Assembly: GCF_004010195.1 (NCBI RefSeq)
Contig: NC_057749.1
Location: 22,416,976 to 22,480,975, forward strand
Length of the DNA: 64,000 bases
Source of the DNA: Chiloscyllium plagiosum
Lineage: Eukaryota
Reading direction: 5' to 3'
The position numbers were made by a program, and so were the translations under genes. Of this stretch, positions 48,431-62,476 are shown piece by piece. The first letter of the stretch is position 1; each line of letters opens with the position of its first letter. The notes below the pieces were generated by a model. It was not told where the DNA came from, searched no databases, and saw only the letters and a list, made by a program, of their open reading frames with translations.

Positions 48431-51400
48431 AGTTACCTTCAATCCATACCTTCAAACTCTCTGATCCTTCCACTTGTAGAAACAGTTTCTCCTTAACTCC
48501 CTGCTCTCCAGTTCCCTTTCTCTGAGGAGAACACTCCCAGTCCCTGCGATCTATTAACATGATTGAAGTTTCTCATCCCTGGAACTGTATTTATGAATCT
48601 TTCATTCATCCTATCTAACACTTTGACAAAATCCTTCCTCAGGGTGCTGGCAGGTGAGACTAGATTGGTTTGGGATATCTGGTCGGCATGGACCGAAGGG
48701 TCTGTTTCCACGTTGTACATCTCTACGACTCTAAGTGTGGATGTAACAGTCCAGCTGAGGTCAATCCAGTGGCTTATGCAATTGTAACATGATTTGCTTT
48801 TGTACTCTATACTCCTATTAATGAAGCGTTAATGGGATGGCTTGGTGCATCTATTTTACTGTATTACTAGTCTCTGGACTAGTAATATGGAACCTCAGAT
48901 TAATGCACTGGGGATATGGGTTTAACCAGGAACATTTGGGAATAGAAATCTGCAGGTTGTTAAAAGCTGAGAAAGCCCTCCAGGTCAGGTGATAAAGTTA
49001 CAGTGGGGGCCTGAGGTCACTGTGAGGCAATGACAGCCATGGGTAAAGGACCCGAACAGTTTTGGGCGGCTCTCCTTGCTGCCTGTTAAAATCATGGACG
49101 GTGGGCATTTCCAGGGATGTATAGGTCAGTCAGTCCAGTCTGTCTGCCCACTCGGTTTGAGTTGAGCTAATATGGTTTAAACTGTATCTCCCCTCCCCCT
49201 GACCATTCCCACTTTAAAATTTTAAAGGGATAGCACCGAGGGAAAGACCTTCAGAAAATTCCAGTGAATTCTGTTCATAATTTTCCTTCCTTTTGTGATT
49301 TTTAAGCTTTGAGGGAATGTGATTCATTAGTCCCGAAATGGTGCAACTTGTGTACATGTTTCGGCATGGTGGTTAGCACCATGGTGGTTAGCTGCCGCAT
49401 AGCACCAGGGACCCAGGTTTGATTCCACCCTCAGGTGACTGTGTGGAGTTTACATATTCTCCCCGTGTCATGTGTGGATTTTCTCCCATAGTCCAAAGAT
49501 GTGCCAGTTAGATGGATTGACCATGCTAAATTGTCCCATAGTATCCAGGGAGGTACAGGTTAGTTGGATTAGCCATGGGAAATGCAGGGTGACAGGTATA
49601 GAGTGGGTCTGGGTAGGATAATTAGTGTGGGCTGAATGGCCTGTTTGTACACTGTCAGGATTCTATGCTTCAAATCTCCTTTAAACTACAACACATTTAG
49701 TATGTGTCTGATACTGCAACCGATATTTAAATTCTTTATGCATTCTTTCAGGTTGGGATTCTGGAGGTTTTCCCTTGTGTTTGGGAGGATTTATTGGGGT
49801 GACAAAAGTTGATTTTTTTCACTGACACCTTCTCACTCACTCCATGGAACTCAACGGCCATGGTGATGGCAGTCCCAGAAATGGGTACCATTACTGACCG
49901 GGACTGAAGCAGCGAGCTGAATTCCATCTCGTGATGCCTGGTCAATTAACAACAGGAAAGCACCGGGTCTATCCAATCATAAATGGGTCTGGCAGCTGGT
50001 TAGAGATCTCTGTTGTTGCCGCCATTTTTGAAACAGCTCCTTGACTGCTCAGGTCTGGACATGGACGTCTGGAATGTCAGCCATGACTAGACAGCGAAGC
50101 TTGGCTGGGAGCCCAGACACCCATTCTGCCCAGGAAACACCTGAGCCCCTTCCTGATTTAGAGTCATGGCTGTCTGATCCCTGTAATCCATTTCACAACA
50201 TTTAATTAAGGGGTTTCAAGTGCCTGCAGTTTAAGTGATTGAAACTTTGAAAACTCTGGGTGATTGACACTTTTATTGCCTTCAGCAGAAGGGAGCTTTT
50301 TATAGTAGAAACTTTTGAATGCGGGACTTTTTTTTAGATTAGATGTGATTCCCTACAGTGTGGAAACAGGCCCTTCGGCCCAACCAGTCCACACTGACCC
50401 TCCGAAGACTAACCCACCCAGACCCATTTCCCTCTGACTAATGCACCTAACACTATGAACAATTTAGCATGGCCAATTCACCTGACCTGCACATCTTTGG
50501 ACTGTGGGAGGAAACCGGAGCACCCGGAGGAAACCCACGCAGACACGGGGAGAATGTGCAAACACCACACAGTCAGTCACCCGAGGCTGGAATCGAACCT
50601 GGGACCCTGGTGCTGTGAGGCAGCAGAGCTAACCACTGAGCCACCGTGCCGCCCATTCTTTTTAAAGTTTACACACATTCTACTATCATTATAGTGTTGA
50701 TTGTTTCTATGTGGTCTATGGAAGGTGAATGGGAATGGATTGACTTTGGGAGGGCTGAAGACTTGGAATTGTTGGAGGCATATGTTGATGGCTGGTGGTG
50801 GTGATTAGGGGGCTGGGGGTGTGGTGACATGGCAGCTGTGTTGGTAGTTAAAGAGGGCATACATTGGGAGGCACAAGGCCGACTTTTCGAGCTTAATTAA
50901 ACTTGAAGGTTTTGAGACACCGGGATCATAACCCCTTATAAAGCTGACCCAACTCTAGGAAAACTGTACTGGAGCAGGCCACGTCTATCTCTGCCCAGTC
51001 AGGACTGCAGGCTGCAGTTAAGCCCAACCTGCAACCTTAAGGGGTCCCATGAATAACAGAAAACGCAGGATTGCAGCTGGGGAATTTAGACCTGGCCTTC
51101 AGATTTAAAAGAGCTCCCAACTTAGCAAAGAAATCCAGGTCAAAAACACTATCAGACATATGCAACTGTGACTTGACGACTTGCTAAAGAAGCACATTTC
51201 ACCTCCTGCTGTTTCTTTACTGTGTAACCTGCTTCAGTTCTCTCCAATGCAGTACCATCATCCATTAACAGTACACCCTTACCAAATTCGGCCTTCTCCT
51301 CCAGCCTCATGTCCCATTCAAACAGTCTTCAGTAAATTCCACCCAGAGTAGGCCAGTGAGTGACATTGGCCTCTCCCACTATTACAGTACTGGGATAATT

Positions 51401-51850
51401 CCTGATATTTAAAAAGGACTGACCTGACCGAGTAAACCTGGGAATACCAGTGCTGTGGAAACTAAGCAAGGGCGAGTTGAGAAGAAACTAGGCCGAGGAT
51501 AGAATGCACCAGAGACATGGCAGAGGCAGAGTGAGGTGAGACATTCAAGAGGGACATTCGGATGATTATTCGGATAGAAACAGGGCACTGGTGTATGGGG
51601 AACGGGCAGGAGTTGACGCTAAGGTGATAGAACCAGTGCAAGCTCAATGGGCCAAATGGCTTCTTCTGTGCTATAACAATTCTCTGATTCTGACTCTCAC
51701 TGTCTCATTTTGAGACAGATATAGTTCCCGGTGCTAAAGGGATCAAGGCTAGGGGGGAGAAAACAGGGACAAGGGACTGAGTTGGATGATCAGCCATGAT
51801 CATATTGAATGCTGGAGCTGGCTTGAAGGGCTGAACGGCCTACTCCTGTC

Positions 51851-52277
51851 TAGTGATTGGAACGAGGTCAGCCAGGTGGACCTCATAGAATGTGAGTTCC
51901 TTGACTGGGGCTGTTAACCTGGCCCAATCAGGGAGCCCTGGCTGACAGACAGAAACAGGGCGAAAGTGAGGACTGCAGATGCTGGAGATTAGAGTCAAGA
52001 GTGCGGTGCTGGACAAGCCCAGCAGGTCAGGCAGCATCCGAGGAGCAGGAGAGTCTGCATTTCGGGCAAAATGTTTGCCTTTGCCCGAAATGTCAATTCT
52101 CCTGCTCCTTGGATGCTGCCTGACCTGCTGGGCTTTTCCAGCACCGCACTCTTGATTGATAGAAACAGGAATGTCAGGGGCTGGCTCTGAGCTAGCTGGG
52201 TCAGTGTCACATACCGTGCACATGTCAGTAAAGGCTGACTTGGTGACAGGATACCAGCCTCTGTGGAGTTATTTCAT
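51851..52277 (+). mobile_element. Probable solo LTR interrupted by a family A element
   Basis: About 230 bp net. Contains ccaatc, a TATA-like position, an agtaaa polyA-like motif and a terminal ..ttatttCA. Confidence 0.45.
51960..52157. mobile_element. Family A inverted element with the CUGANGA boxes deleted
   Basis: Arms meet at ttcgggcaaa...tttgcccgaaa. TSD gacagaaacagg / gatagaaacagg. Confidence 0.85.
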
Positions 52278-53437
52278 TTGTTCCTACTGTCTATGTTTCT
52301 ATGAATTATTTTGAAGCAGACGGTGAGCCACAACATTTCAGAACTGGCCTGGCAAAACCTGACTGTACATTGTAAGTGCCTATCCCAGCAAATTCGGCCC
52401 TTGTACAGGTCACTGTATTCTGGAGGGAGTTGGGTGGGTAGGATCCCTACCTCTGGCCCAGAAACTCTTGGTTCAAGTCTCACCTCAGGACCCGATGGTG
52501 ACTGAAGCTAGCTCACAACGCAGTCACACAGTTTGATTATAGCAAACCCGAAATCCTGCTAATGTGCTTCCGTCGGCCAGTAAGCCTGGCAGGTTTTCCT
52601 GTCCAGCCAAGAACCATTTACTAACTGCATCACTGCAGCATCTCCCACATGAAAAGACTGTGTGACCAAACCTCTCCTTGTTCTGAAGGTCTAACAGACA
52701 CATACCATAACTCTTTACAGTCTACAATTTTAATTGATTTTAAAGCGTAACATTTGAACATCATTGCCTTTAAAGATTTTCTTCAATAACAAAATGCGAT
52801 CAATAAACTCTGAAAAATAATAACTTTTTTGGATTTATCTTGTGGATCTTTACAGCTACAGTGCGATTTTATCATTTTTAACAGCAGTTCTAGCCATTAC
52901 ACCAACCTTTTATAGTTATTTTCTAACCAATCTGTTCAGAGATATTATTGAACACTTCTGAATGGGTGGGACATGAACCCAGATCTCCTGGTCCAGAGGC
53001 AGAGCCGCTACCACTGTACCACAAGAGCCCTCACCATCCTTTTGCATAACTCAAGCATAATAAATACGTGTTCAGGATGAATACCACCTTCTCTGCTCTT
53101 TTCTCAACACTTAAGTAGCTCTTAGTATTGACCTTTCACGAGGTTTTTCGGCTATTTAGAGAAGCATTTTTTTCAGCTATTTAGAGTGAAAACAGAAGTA
53201 GAACAATTATGGACAAAATGTGGCACGGTTTTCAATTCGTTTGTCTCATGCACTAAATCTCTCCGCTTCTGTCAAAAGATTTTGAACACCTTTCAGTTCT
53301 GAAGAAGACTCGACATTTAAAGCTGTTTCTCTCTGCCAGACCTGCTGAGTTTCTCCAGCCCTCTCTGTACATGTTTCCGATTCCCACATCCGCAGTATTA
53401 CGGATTTTTACAGTGTTCACGGTGGCCTTACTTACTA

Positions 53438-53764
<327 letters not shown>

Positions 53765-54344
53765 CTAAAATCCAGCTTCACCCTCTTTATGGACAGACTC
53801 CAGTTTCTATTCTTTGTTCAGCATTGTCAATATGATAAGGCTACAGGACTACTGGGGTGGCACGGTGGCTCAGTGGTTAGCACTGCTGCCTTACAGTGCC
53901 AGGGGCCCGGGTTCGATCCCAGCCTCGGGCGACTGTCCATGTGCAGTTTGTACACTGTCTGCGTGGGTTTCCTCCAGGTACCCTGGTTTCTTCCCACAGT
54001 CCAATGATGTGCAGATTAGGCGGGTCAGCTATGGTGAACGCAGGCTTACAGGGTCTGCGTGGGATGCCCTTGGGAGGGTCAGTGTGGATTCGATGGGCCA
54101 AGTAGCCAGCTCCCACACTGTAGGGATTGGCCATGCTAAATTGCCCACAGTGTCCAGGGACGTGCAGGTTAGGCGGGTCAGCTATGGTGAACGCAGGCTT
54201 ACAGGGTCTGCTTGGGATGCCCTTGGGAGGGTCAGTGTGGACTCGATGGGCCGAGTAGCCAGCTCCCACACTGTAGGGATTCTATGTGAAAAGGCCATTC
54301 AGCCCTTCGAAGCAGAACCAATCCAACTGGTACATGGACTCTCC

Positions 54345-54478
54345 AATTCCTGAAGAAGGGCTTATGCCCGAAACATCGATTCTCCTGTTCCCTGGATGCT
54401 GCCTGACCTGCTGCACTTTTTCCAACAACACATTTTCAGCTCTGATCTCCAGCATCTGCAGACCTCACTTTCTTCTCC
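54345..54478 (+). mobile_element. Family A terminal repeat (single arm)
   Basis: attcctgaagaagggcttatgcccgaaacatc...gacctcactttc. Confidence 0.85.
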
Positions 54479-56271
54479 AATTTAAATATCTATTTGAGAA
54501 GTTGCTTCTCCAGGAGAGTCTAGGACCCTGAGGGTGGAATCTCAGAACAACAAGTCGCGCATTGAAGACAGAGAAGAGCAGGAATTTCTTCCCTCAGAGG
54601 GACTGAAACTGTGACATTCCTTACCACAAAGGGCTGCCAAGGTTAGGTCAGTCAGGATGTTCAAGGCTGAGACAGACAGATCTTTCTAATCAGGAAGGAA
54701 ATCAAGGGTTAGGGGGAAAAGGCAGGCAGGTGGAGTGGAGGGTTATCAGATCACTCACTGAATGGTGGGGCTGACTCGATGGTCTTATTTCAGATTAATT
54801 TGTTACTTTTCTTGGTAAATTATTCCAGACACTTTTTTTACTCATTAAAAAAAGAAAACTGTCACACACGTCGTTTTAAATCTACTTTCACTTAATTTCA
54901 ATGCGATTCAACTTAAGAGTCCGAGAGTTGTACATTATGGAAACAGACCCTTCGGTCCAACTCGTCCACGCTGACCAGATATTCGAACCCAATCTAGCCC
55001 CATTTGCCAGCATTTGGCCCATATCTCTCTAAATCCTTCCTAATCATGTACCCATCCAGATGCCTTTTAAATGTTGTAATTGTACCAGCCTCCACCCCTT
55101 CCTCTGGCAGCTCATTCCATACACGTCTGCGTATAGGAAGGGTTTGGAGGGATATGGGCCGGGTGCTGGCAGGTGGGACTAGATTGGGTTGGGATATCTG
55201 GCCGGCATGGACGGGTTGGACCGAAGGGTCTGTTTCCGTGCTGTATGACTATGATTCGAAAACTCTATTTCCTTCTTCAAAGTATTCGGTGTACCAGCGT
55301 CTGCCAGACTCTGAATTCCACAGATTCATGACCCTTTGATTGAAGTAACTGCCCGTCATCTCTGTCTAAATCTGTCGGCCTTTGTCCTAAACCTATGACC
55401 CTCTTCTTCTAAGTTACCCCTCAAGGATAAACATCCTCTCTATGTTTAGATTAGATTACTTACAGTGTGGAAACAGGCCCTTCGGCCCAACAAGTCCATA
55501 CCGACCCTCCAAAGAGCAACCCACCCGGACCCAATACCCTACATTTACCCCCTTCACCTAACACTACGGGCAATTTAGCGTGGCCAATCCACCTGACCTG
55601 CACATTTTTGGACTGTGGGAGGGAATTGGAGCACCTGGAGGAAACCCACGCAGACAATGTGCAAACTCCACACAGACAGTCGCCTGAGGTGGGAATTGAA
55701 CCTGGGTCTCTGGCGCTGAGAGGCAGCGGTGTTAACCACTGTGCCGCCCACTATGTCTACTTTGTCAACCCCCTTTAGCATCTCATATACCTCTCATCCT
55801 TCTAAACTTCAAAGAATATTAGTCTAAACTGCTCAATTTCTCATGTCTCAAGCCTTTCAGCTCTGGAATTAACTGAGTGAACCTCCACCGAACTGCCTCC
55901 AATGCAATTACATCCTTCCTCAAGTAAGCATACAAAAAGTTATCACAAATAAAAATGCATGTTATTGTAAAAAGCCTTGTGACACAGATTAAAAGCTGGG
56001 GGAGGCAGGAGAGAGACAATGAGGATAACGGGATAAGACTATGACCGATAGGGTCATAGAGAGAGTTGCATTCCCTTGGCTTTTGTACAGGGAGCAAAAC
56101 CTTGCAGCTGATTTACCACTGAATGTGGACAAAAGATAGAGAGCAGTGCATCCAACTATGAAGATGACACCGATGGTCCACAGCACACTATGTGAACGAA
56201 AGTAGGATGCTACACACAGCCAAAGCTGGAGAACTTAATGTCCTCTCTCAAAGCAAATTTGGAGACAAGAT

Positions 56272-58012
56272 AGTTTGGGTTAGTGTTAGGGTTTGGGTTA
56301 GGATTAGGGTTAGTATTCGCGTGAAGGTTAATGTTAGGGTGAGGGTTGGGGATGGAGTTAGAGTTGGAGTTAGGATTGGGGTTCACCTTAAGGTTATAGT
56401 TAGGATTAGAGTTTATTTTAGGGTTAAGGTTAGGATAGGGATATAGTTAGGGATTAGAGTTAGGGTTAAGGTTAGGATTAGGGTTGGGGTTCAAGTTAAG
56501 GTTAGAGTAAGAGTTAAGGTTATGTTTCAGGTGAAGGTTCATCAGGCAGGATAGGGTCTGAGTTAGATTTAGGATTAGGGCTAAGATTAATCCGGCAGGA
56601 TAGGGTCAGGGTTAGATTTAGGGTTATGGCTAAGGTAAATCAGGCAAGTTAGGGTCAGGATTAGGGCTAAGGTTAATTAGGCAGGACAGAGTTAGGGTTA
56701 GGGCTAAGATTAATCATGCTGGACAGGGTTAGGGCTAAGGTTAATCAGGCAGGACAGGGTTAGGGTTAGGGGTAAGGCTAAGATTAGATTAGATTAGATT
56801 AGATTTTTAGATTAGATTACTTACAGTGTGGAAACAGGCCCTTCGGCCCAACAAGTCCACACCGACCCGCCGAAGCGTAACCCACCCATTCCCGAACATT
56901 TACCCCTTTACCTAACACTACGGGCAATTTAGCATGGCCAATTCACCTAACCTGCACATCTTTGGACTAAGGTTAATCAGGCAGGACAGGGTTAGGGTTA
57001 GGGCTAAGGCTAAGGTTAATCAGGCAGGACAGGGTTAGGGTTAGGGCTAAGATTAATCATGCTGGACAGGGTTAGGGCTAAGGTTAATCAGGCAGGACAG
57101 GGTTAGGGTTAGGGGTAAGGCTAAGGTTAATCAGGCAGGACAGGGTTAGGGTTAGGGCTAAGGCTAAGGTTAATCAGGCAGGACAGGGTTAGGGTTAGGG
57201 CTAAGNNNNNNNNNNNNNNNNNNNNNNNNNNNNNNNNNNNNNNNNNNNNNNNNNNNNNNNNNNNNNTGCTGCCTGAACTGCTGTGCTCTTCCAGCACCAC
57301 TAATCCAGAAATCTGGTTTCCAGCATCTGCAATCATTGTTTTTACCACAGGGTTAGTGTTAGGGCTAAGGTTTATCAGGCAGGACAGGGTTATGGTTAGG
57401 GCTAAGGTTTATCAGGCAGGACAGGGTTAAGGTGAGGGCTAAGGTTAATCAGGCAGGACAGGGTTAGGCTTAGGGCTAAGGTTAATCAGGCAGGACAGGG
57501 TTAGGCTTAGGGCTAAGGTTAATCAGGCAAGACAGGGTTAGGGTTAGGGCTAAGGTTAATCAGGCAGGACAGGGTTAAGGCGAGGGCTAAGGTTAATCAG
57601 GCAGGACAGGGTTAGGCTTAGGGCTAATGTTAATCAGGCAGGATAGGGTTAGGCTTAGGGCTAAGGTTAATCAGGCAGGACAGGGTTAGGCTTAGGGCTA
57701 AGGTTAATCAGGCAAGACAGGGTTAGGGTTAGGGCTAAGGTTAATCAGGCAGGACAGGGTTAAGGCGAGGGCTAAGGTTAATCAGGCAGGACAGGGTTAG
57801 TCTTAGGGTTAAGGTTAATCAGGCAGGACAGGGTTAGGGTTAGGGCTAAGGTTAATCAGGCAGGACAGGGTTAAGGTGAGGGCTAAGGTTAATCAGGCAG
57901 GACAGGGTTAGGGTTAGGGTTAAGGTTAATCAGGCAGGACAGGGTTAGGGTTAGGGCTTAGGTTAATCAGGCAGGACAGGGTTAAGGTTAGGGCTAAGGT
58001 TAATCAGGCAGG
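56272..58012 (+). repeat. Interstitial telomere-like array: degenerate TTAGGG hexamers grading into a 37-bp unit
   Basis: Unit ggttaatcaggcaggacagggttagggttagggctaa. Confidence 0.93.
57206..57266. other. Assembly gap (61 N) inside a tandem array
   Basis: Run of N. Confidence 1.
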
Positions 58013-58269
58013 AGGTGCCAGATGGAAATCCTGCCGCCTGCGGGCCTCTGCCATGATTACGATCTATCAGGAAAGACCCATGGATAGCTTTCCTGTCCTG
58101 CTGCGAGTAAAAGGCCCAAGTAGGCAATTAATGCCCACTTAATGGTCTCACCCCCAACTCCCCAAGGTTTGCAAAAGACAAAGCTACAGAATTCGCAGTC
58201 ATCTGCAGCTGAAAGTGCAGATGCATTTTGATCTCCTCATGATGCCACAGGTGCCAGTCTTTGGCCAGT

Positions 58270-59457
58270 TTGATTATTGTGTGTGAGATGAGGAACCAGC
58301 TGAAGATTTCAGATAGTGCAAAAACTATGGGCCCTGACAACACCCTGGATTACAGGACTGAAGGTTTGTGCTTCAGAACTAATGATACCCATAACTAAAT
58401 CGTTCCTGCACACCAACATGGAACGTTACCCTGATAAGGCCTGGACATGGTAAATAGGACACATCGAATCCTGCCAATTAACACTCCACCAGCCTTCTCT
58501 CGATCACCAGCAAAGTGATGACAGGTATCATCATCGACAGTGCGATCAAGCAGCACTCACACATCAATAGCCCACTCACTGAACTCAAACTGGGTGCTGC
58601 CAGGGCCATCTTGATTCCTGACCTCATTATAGTTTTAGTCCAAACATGTTCTAAAGAGCTGAATTCCAGAGGGGAGGTGAGAGTGATGGCCTTTGACCTA
58701 CACGTCACTGGGAGAGGCATCAATGAGCCCCGGCAAAACCAAAATAAATGGAATATTGGCATGTCCTAGGTTCAACCATCTTTAGTTGCTTCATCAAAGA
58801 TGCTCTCTGCATCATAAACCCTGAGGTGGGGATGTTCACCAATGATCGCACAATGTTCAGCACCATTTGTGACTCCTCATGTACTGAAGCAGTCTGTTCA
58901 AATGCATCAAGACCTCGACAAAGCCCTGATGGGTGGCAAGTAACACTCATACTACACAAGCATCAAGGAGGCAATGACCATCTCCAAGAGAATATCTGAC
59001 TATCACCCTTTGCCTGTCAATGTCATGACCATCGCTGCATCCTGGGGGTTACCATTGACCAGAAGCTGACCTGGACTGTTCATATAAATACTGTGGCTAC
59101 AAGAGCAGGTCAGAGGCTGCAGCAAGAACTCAATTCCTGTTGCCCCAAAACCAATCCACCACTTACAGGCACATGCCAGGAGTGTGAAGGAATACATCTG
59201 GATGAGTGCAGCTCCAACAACACTCAAGCAGCTCAATACCATCAGGGATAAAGAAGCCCAACATATTGGCACTACATTGATCACTCTCAACAGTCATCCC
59301 TATCACCAACAGCAGTGTGCACCAGCTCCAGCACGCACGACAACAACTCACCAAGGTCCCTCCAACAGCACCTTCCAATATTGTGACCTCTACTACCTAG
59401 AAGTTTATGGGTGTGTTGGAAAACTACCACTTGAAACCCACCCCACCTCCCCCCAAC

Positions 59458-59496
<39 letters not shown>

Positions 59497-59690
59497 AAAA
59501 CTACTCTGACTTGGAACTGTATCAACACTCGTTCGGTATCACTGGGTCTAAATCCCTCACAGCATCAGGGATGTATATACACGATATGGGCAGCAGCAGT
59601 TCAAGGACACCTTGCTCTTAAGGGCAATTAGGGCAATAGATTCTAGTCTTGCCAGCGATGCCAACAAACTGAATAATCAAATAAAAAGAG
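58270..59690 (+). mobile_element. Decayed L2/CR1-clade LINE (distinct family)
   Basis: MGPDN...LK.CA.EL, MAFD, VLGSTIFSCFI.D..FTND motifs and a caagggcaattaggg...gccagcgatgcc tail. Confidence 0.75.
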
Positions 59691-60589
59691 CAAACTAGTG
59701 CTTGAGAATTCTGATGTGGAGATGCCAGTGTTGGACTGGGGTCAGAAGTCGCACGACAACAAGGTTATAGTTCAACAGGTTTATTTACAACCACAAACTT
59801 TCTGAGCGCGGCTCCTTCGTCAGAGGAAGTGAAGAGAATTCTGAGGGGTCTCACCTTCTGACCAGTGAAAGCCTATTCACCATTGAAAAGGCACAAGTCA
59901 AGAGTGTGATGCAGAACTTCACATTTGTCTGGATCAATGCCTCAAAAGGCCCATTGCTATGTTAGAGAGAGCAGTCCCCTTCACCAGCATCACCGGCCAG
60001 AAATGGCTGATGCCTGTACTGTATACAAGATACACTGCAGGACCCCACCAACAGGACTCTCCAAACCTACAACCTCTACCATCGAGAAGCACAAGGGCAG
60101 CAGATGTGCAGGAACACCACCACCAGGAAATTCCCCATCACGCCTCACCCTGACTTAACACCATATCATTGTTCTTTCACTATGGTTGGATCAAAATCAA
60201 GGGAGAAGCTATTTCCTGTAGCAGAGGCAGTCCATAAAAAAGAAAGAGGACCAGTCCTTGAATGGAAAGGTAAGCCATTTACAGTGGAGGACAGGGAGTG
60301 ACTTTGCCCATGGTAGTGGAAACCCAATACTGAATCCCCAAAATGTCAAAAGAGGGAGGTTTGGATTAGACTCTGCCTTTTTATAGCCAGAGACACCAAA
60401 CACAGAAAAACTGTGAATGCCAGAGAACTGAAAATAAAACATAAAATGGTGGAGAAACTCAGTAGGTCTGGCAGTATCCGTGGAGACAGAAACTGAGTTA
60501 ACATTTCAAGTCTGGTATGATTCTTCCGGTATGAATCTGAAGAACGCTCATATTGGTCTCAGAACAATAATTTTACTTCCCTCTGGCAG

Positions 60590-62476
60590 GGAGGAAGTGA
60601 TAAGGTAAGGGAACCGTGGCTTACTAAAGAAATTGTATCTCTTGTTATGCGGAAGAGGGAGGCTTATTTGACGTTGAGACGAGATAGTTCAGGTGAGGCG
60701 ATGGAGAGTTACAGATTAGCTAGGAAGGATTTAAAGAGAGAGTTAAGAAGAGCAAGGAGGGGACATGAGCAGTCTTTAGCAGGTAGAATAAAGGAGAACT
60801 CTAAAACTTTCCAAAGGTACGTGAGGAATAAAAGGATGACTAGGGTAGGAATAGGGTCAGTCAAAGACTGAAGTGGGAAGTTGTATGTGGACCCTGTGAA
60901 GATTGGAGAGATGCTAAATGAATATTTCCCATCTGTTTTCCCTCAGGAAAAGGAGAATATTGTAGAGGAGAAGAATGAGATACGGGCTATTAGAACAGAA
61001 AGGATTGAGGTTAGTAAGGAGTAGACGTTATCAATTCTAGAAGGTGTGCATGTAGGTAAGTCTCCTGGGCTGAATGGGATTTATCTAAGGATTCTCTGGG
61101 AAGCTAGGGAGGAGATGGCAGAGCTTTTGGCCTTGATCTTTGAGTCGTCATTGTCTACAGGTTTGGTACCATAGGACTGGAGGATTTCAAATGTTGTGGC
61201 GTGTTCAAGAAGTGCAGCAGAGATGACCCAGGTAATTATAGACCAGTGAGCCTTACATCTGTTGTAGGAAAAGTTTTGGAAAAGAATATAAGAGATAGGA
61301 TTTATAATCATCCAGCAAGCAACAATTTGATTTCAGATAGTCAACATGGTTTCGTCAAAGGCAGGTCGTGTCTCACAAACCTCATTGAGTTTTTTGAGAA
61401 GGTGACCATGCATGTAGATGAGGGTAGGGCAGTTGATGTGGTATACATGGACTTCCATAAAGCTTTTGGTAAGGTTCCATATGGTAGGCTGTTGGAGAAA
61501 ATGCAGAGGCATGGAATTGAGGGCGATTTAGCAGTTTGGATCAGAAACTGGCCTTCTGTCATAAGGCAGTGAATGGTGGTTTATGGAAAATATTCAGCCT
61601 GGAGTCTGGTTACTAGTGGTGTGCCACAAGGCTCTGTTTTGGGACCACTGCTGTTTGTCATTTTTATAAATGACTTAGACGCAGGCATAGGTGGATGGGT
61701 TAGTAAATTTGCAGATAACGCTAAAGTCGATGGAGTAGTGGACAGTGTGGCAGAATGTTGCAGAGTGCAGGAGGACTTGGATAAACCGCAGCACTGGGCT
61801 GAGGGGTGGCAAATGGAGCTCAATGCAGATAAATGTGAGGCGATTCACTTTGGGAAGAATAACAGGAAGGCAGAATACTGGGTCAATGGAAAGATTCTTG
61901 GTAATGTGGATGTGCAGAGGGATTTTGGTGTCCATGTACATAGATCCCTGGAAATTGCCTCCCAGGTTATTATCTTTGAGGAGAAAGTGAGGTCTGCAGA
62001 TGCTGGAGATCAGAGCTGAAAATGTGTTGCTGGAAAAGCGCAGCAGGTCAGGCAGCATCCAGGGAACAGGAGAATCGACGTTTCGGGCATAAGCCCTTCT
62101 TCAGGAGACAAGGCAGCTAAGGGAGGATTTAGTAGAGACATACAAGGTGATAAGAGGATTAGTTAGGGTGGAAAGTGAGAGTCTTTTTCCTAGGATGATG
62201 ATGTTGGCTTGTACAGGGGGCATAACTACAAATTGAAGGGTGATAGATTTAAGACAGAAGTCAGAGGCAGGTTCTTTACCCAGAGAGTGGTAAGGGTGTG
62301 GAATGCCCTGCCTGCCAATGTAGTCAACTCAGCCACATTAGGGAGATTTAAACTGTCCTTGGATAAGCACATGGATGATGAGGGATAGTGTAGGGGGATG
62401 GGCTTAGATTAGTTCACGGGTCGGCACAACATTGAGGGCCGAAGGGCCTGTTCTGCACTGTATTGTTCTATGTTCT
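60590..62476 (+). mobile_element. Largest CR1 LINE remnant (RT domain, pseudogenised)
   Basis: DPGNYRPVSLTSVVGK, QHGFVKGRSCLTNLIEFF, VDVVYMDF, SGVPQGSVLGPLLF, KFAD. Contains stops and frameshifts. Tail gggccgaagggcctgttctgcactgtattgttctatgttct. Confidence 0.95.
61979..62106 (-). mobile_element. Family A single arm with an intact hammerhead, inside CR1 ORF2
   Basis: gacgtttcgggcataagcccttcttcagga is the reverse complement of CTGAAGA-AGGGC-ttat-GCCC-GAAAC-GTC. Confidence 0.88.

Noticed and set aside
53858..53930. tRNA-like sequences with A and B boxes
   Set aside because: These are the 5' heads of HE1 SINEs and continue into the SINE body; they are not tRNA genes.
55989..56186. Hydrophobic 65-aa ORF containing gctgcaag|gt, considered as the first zinc-finger exon
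   Set aside because: No [22 protein letters not shown] in any frame; the match is a chance 8-mer.
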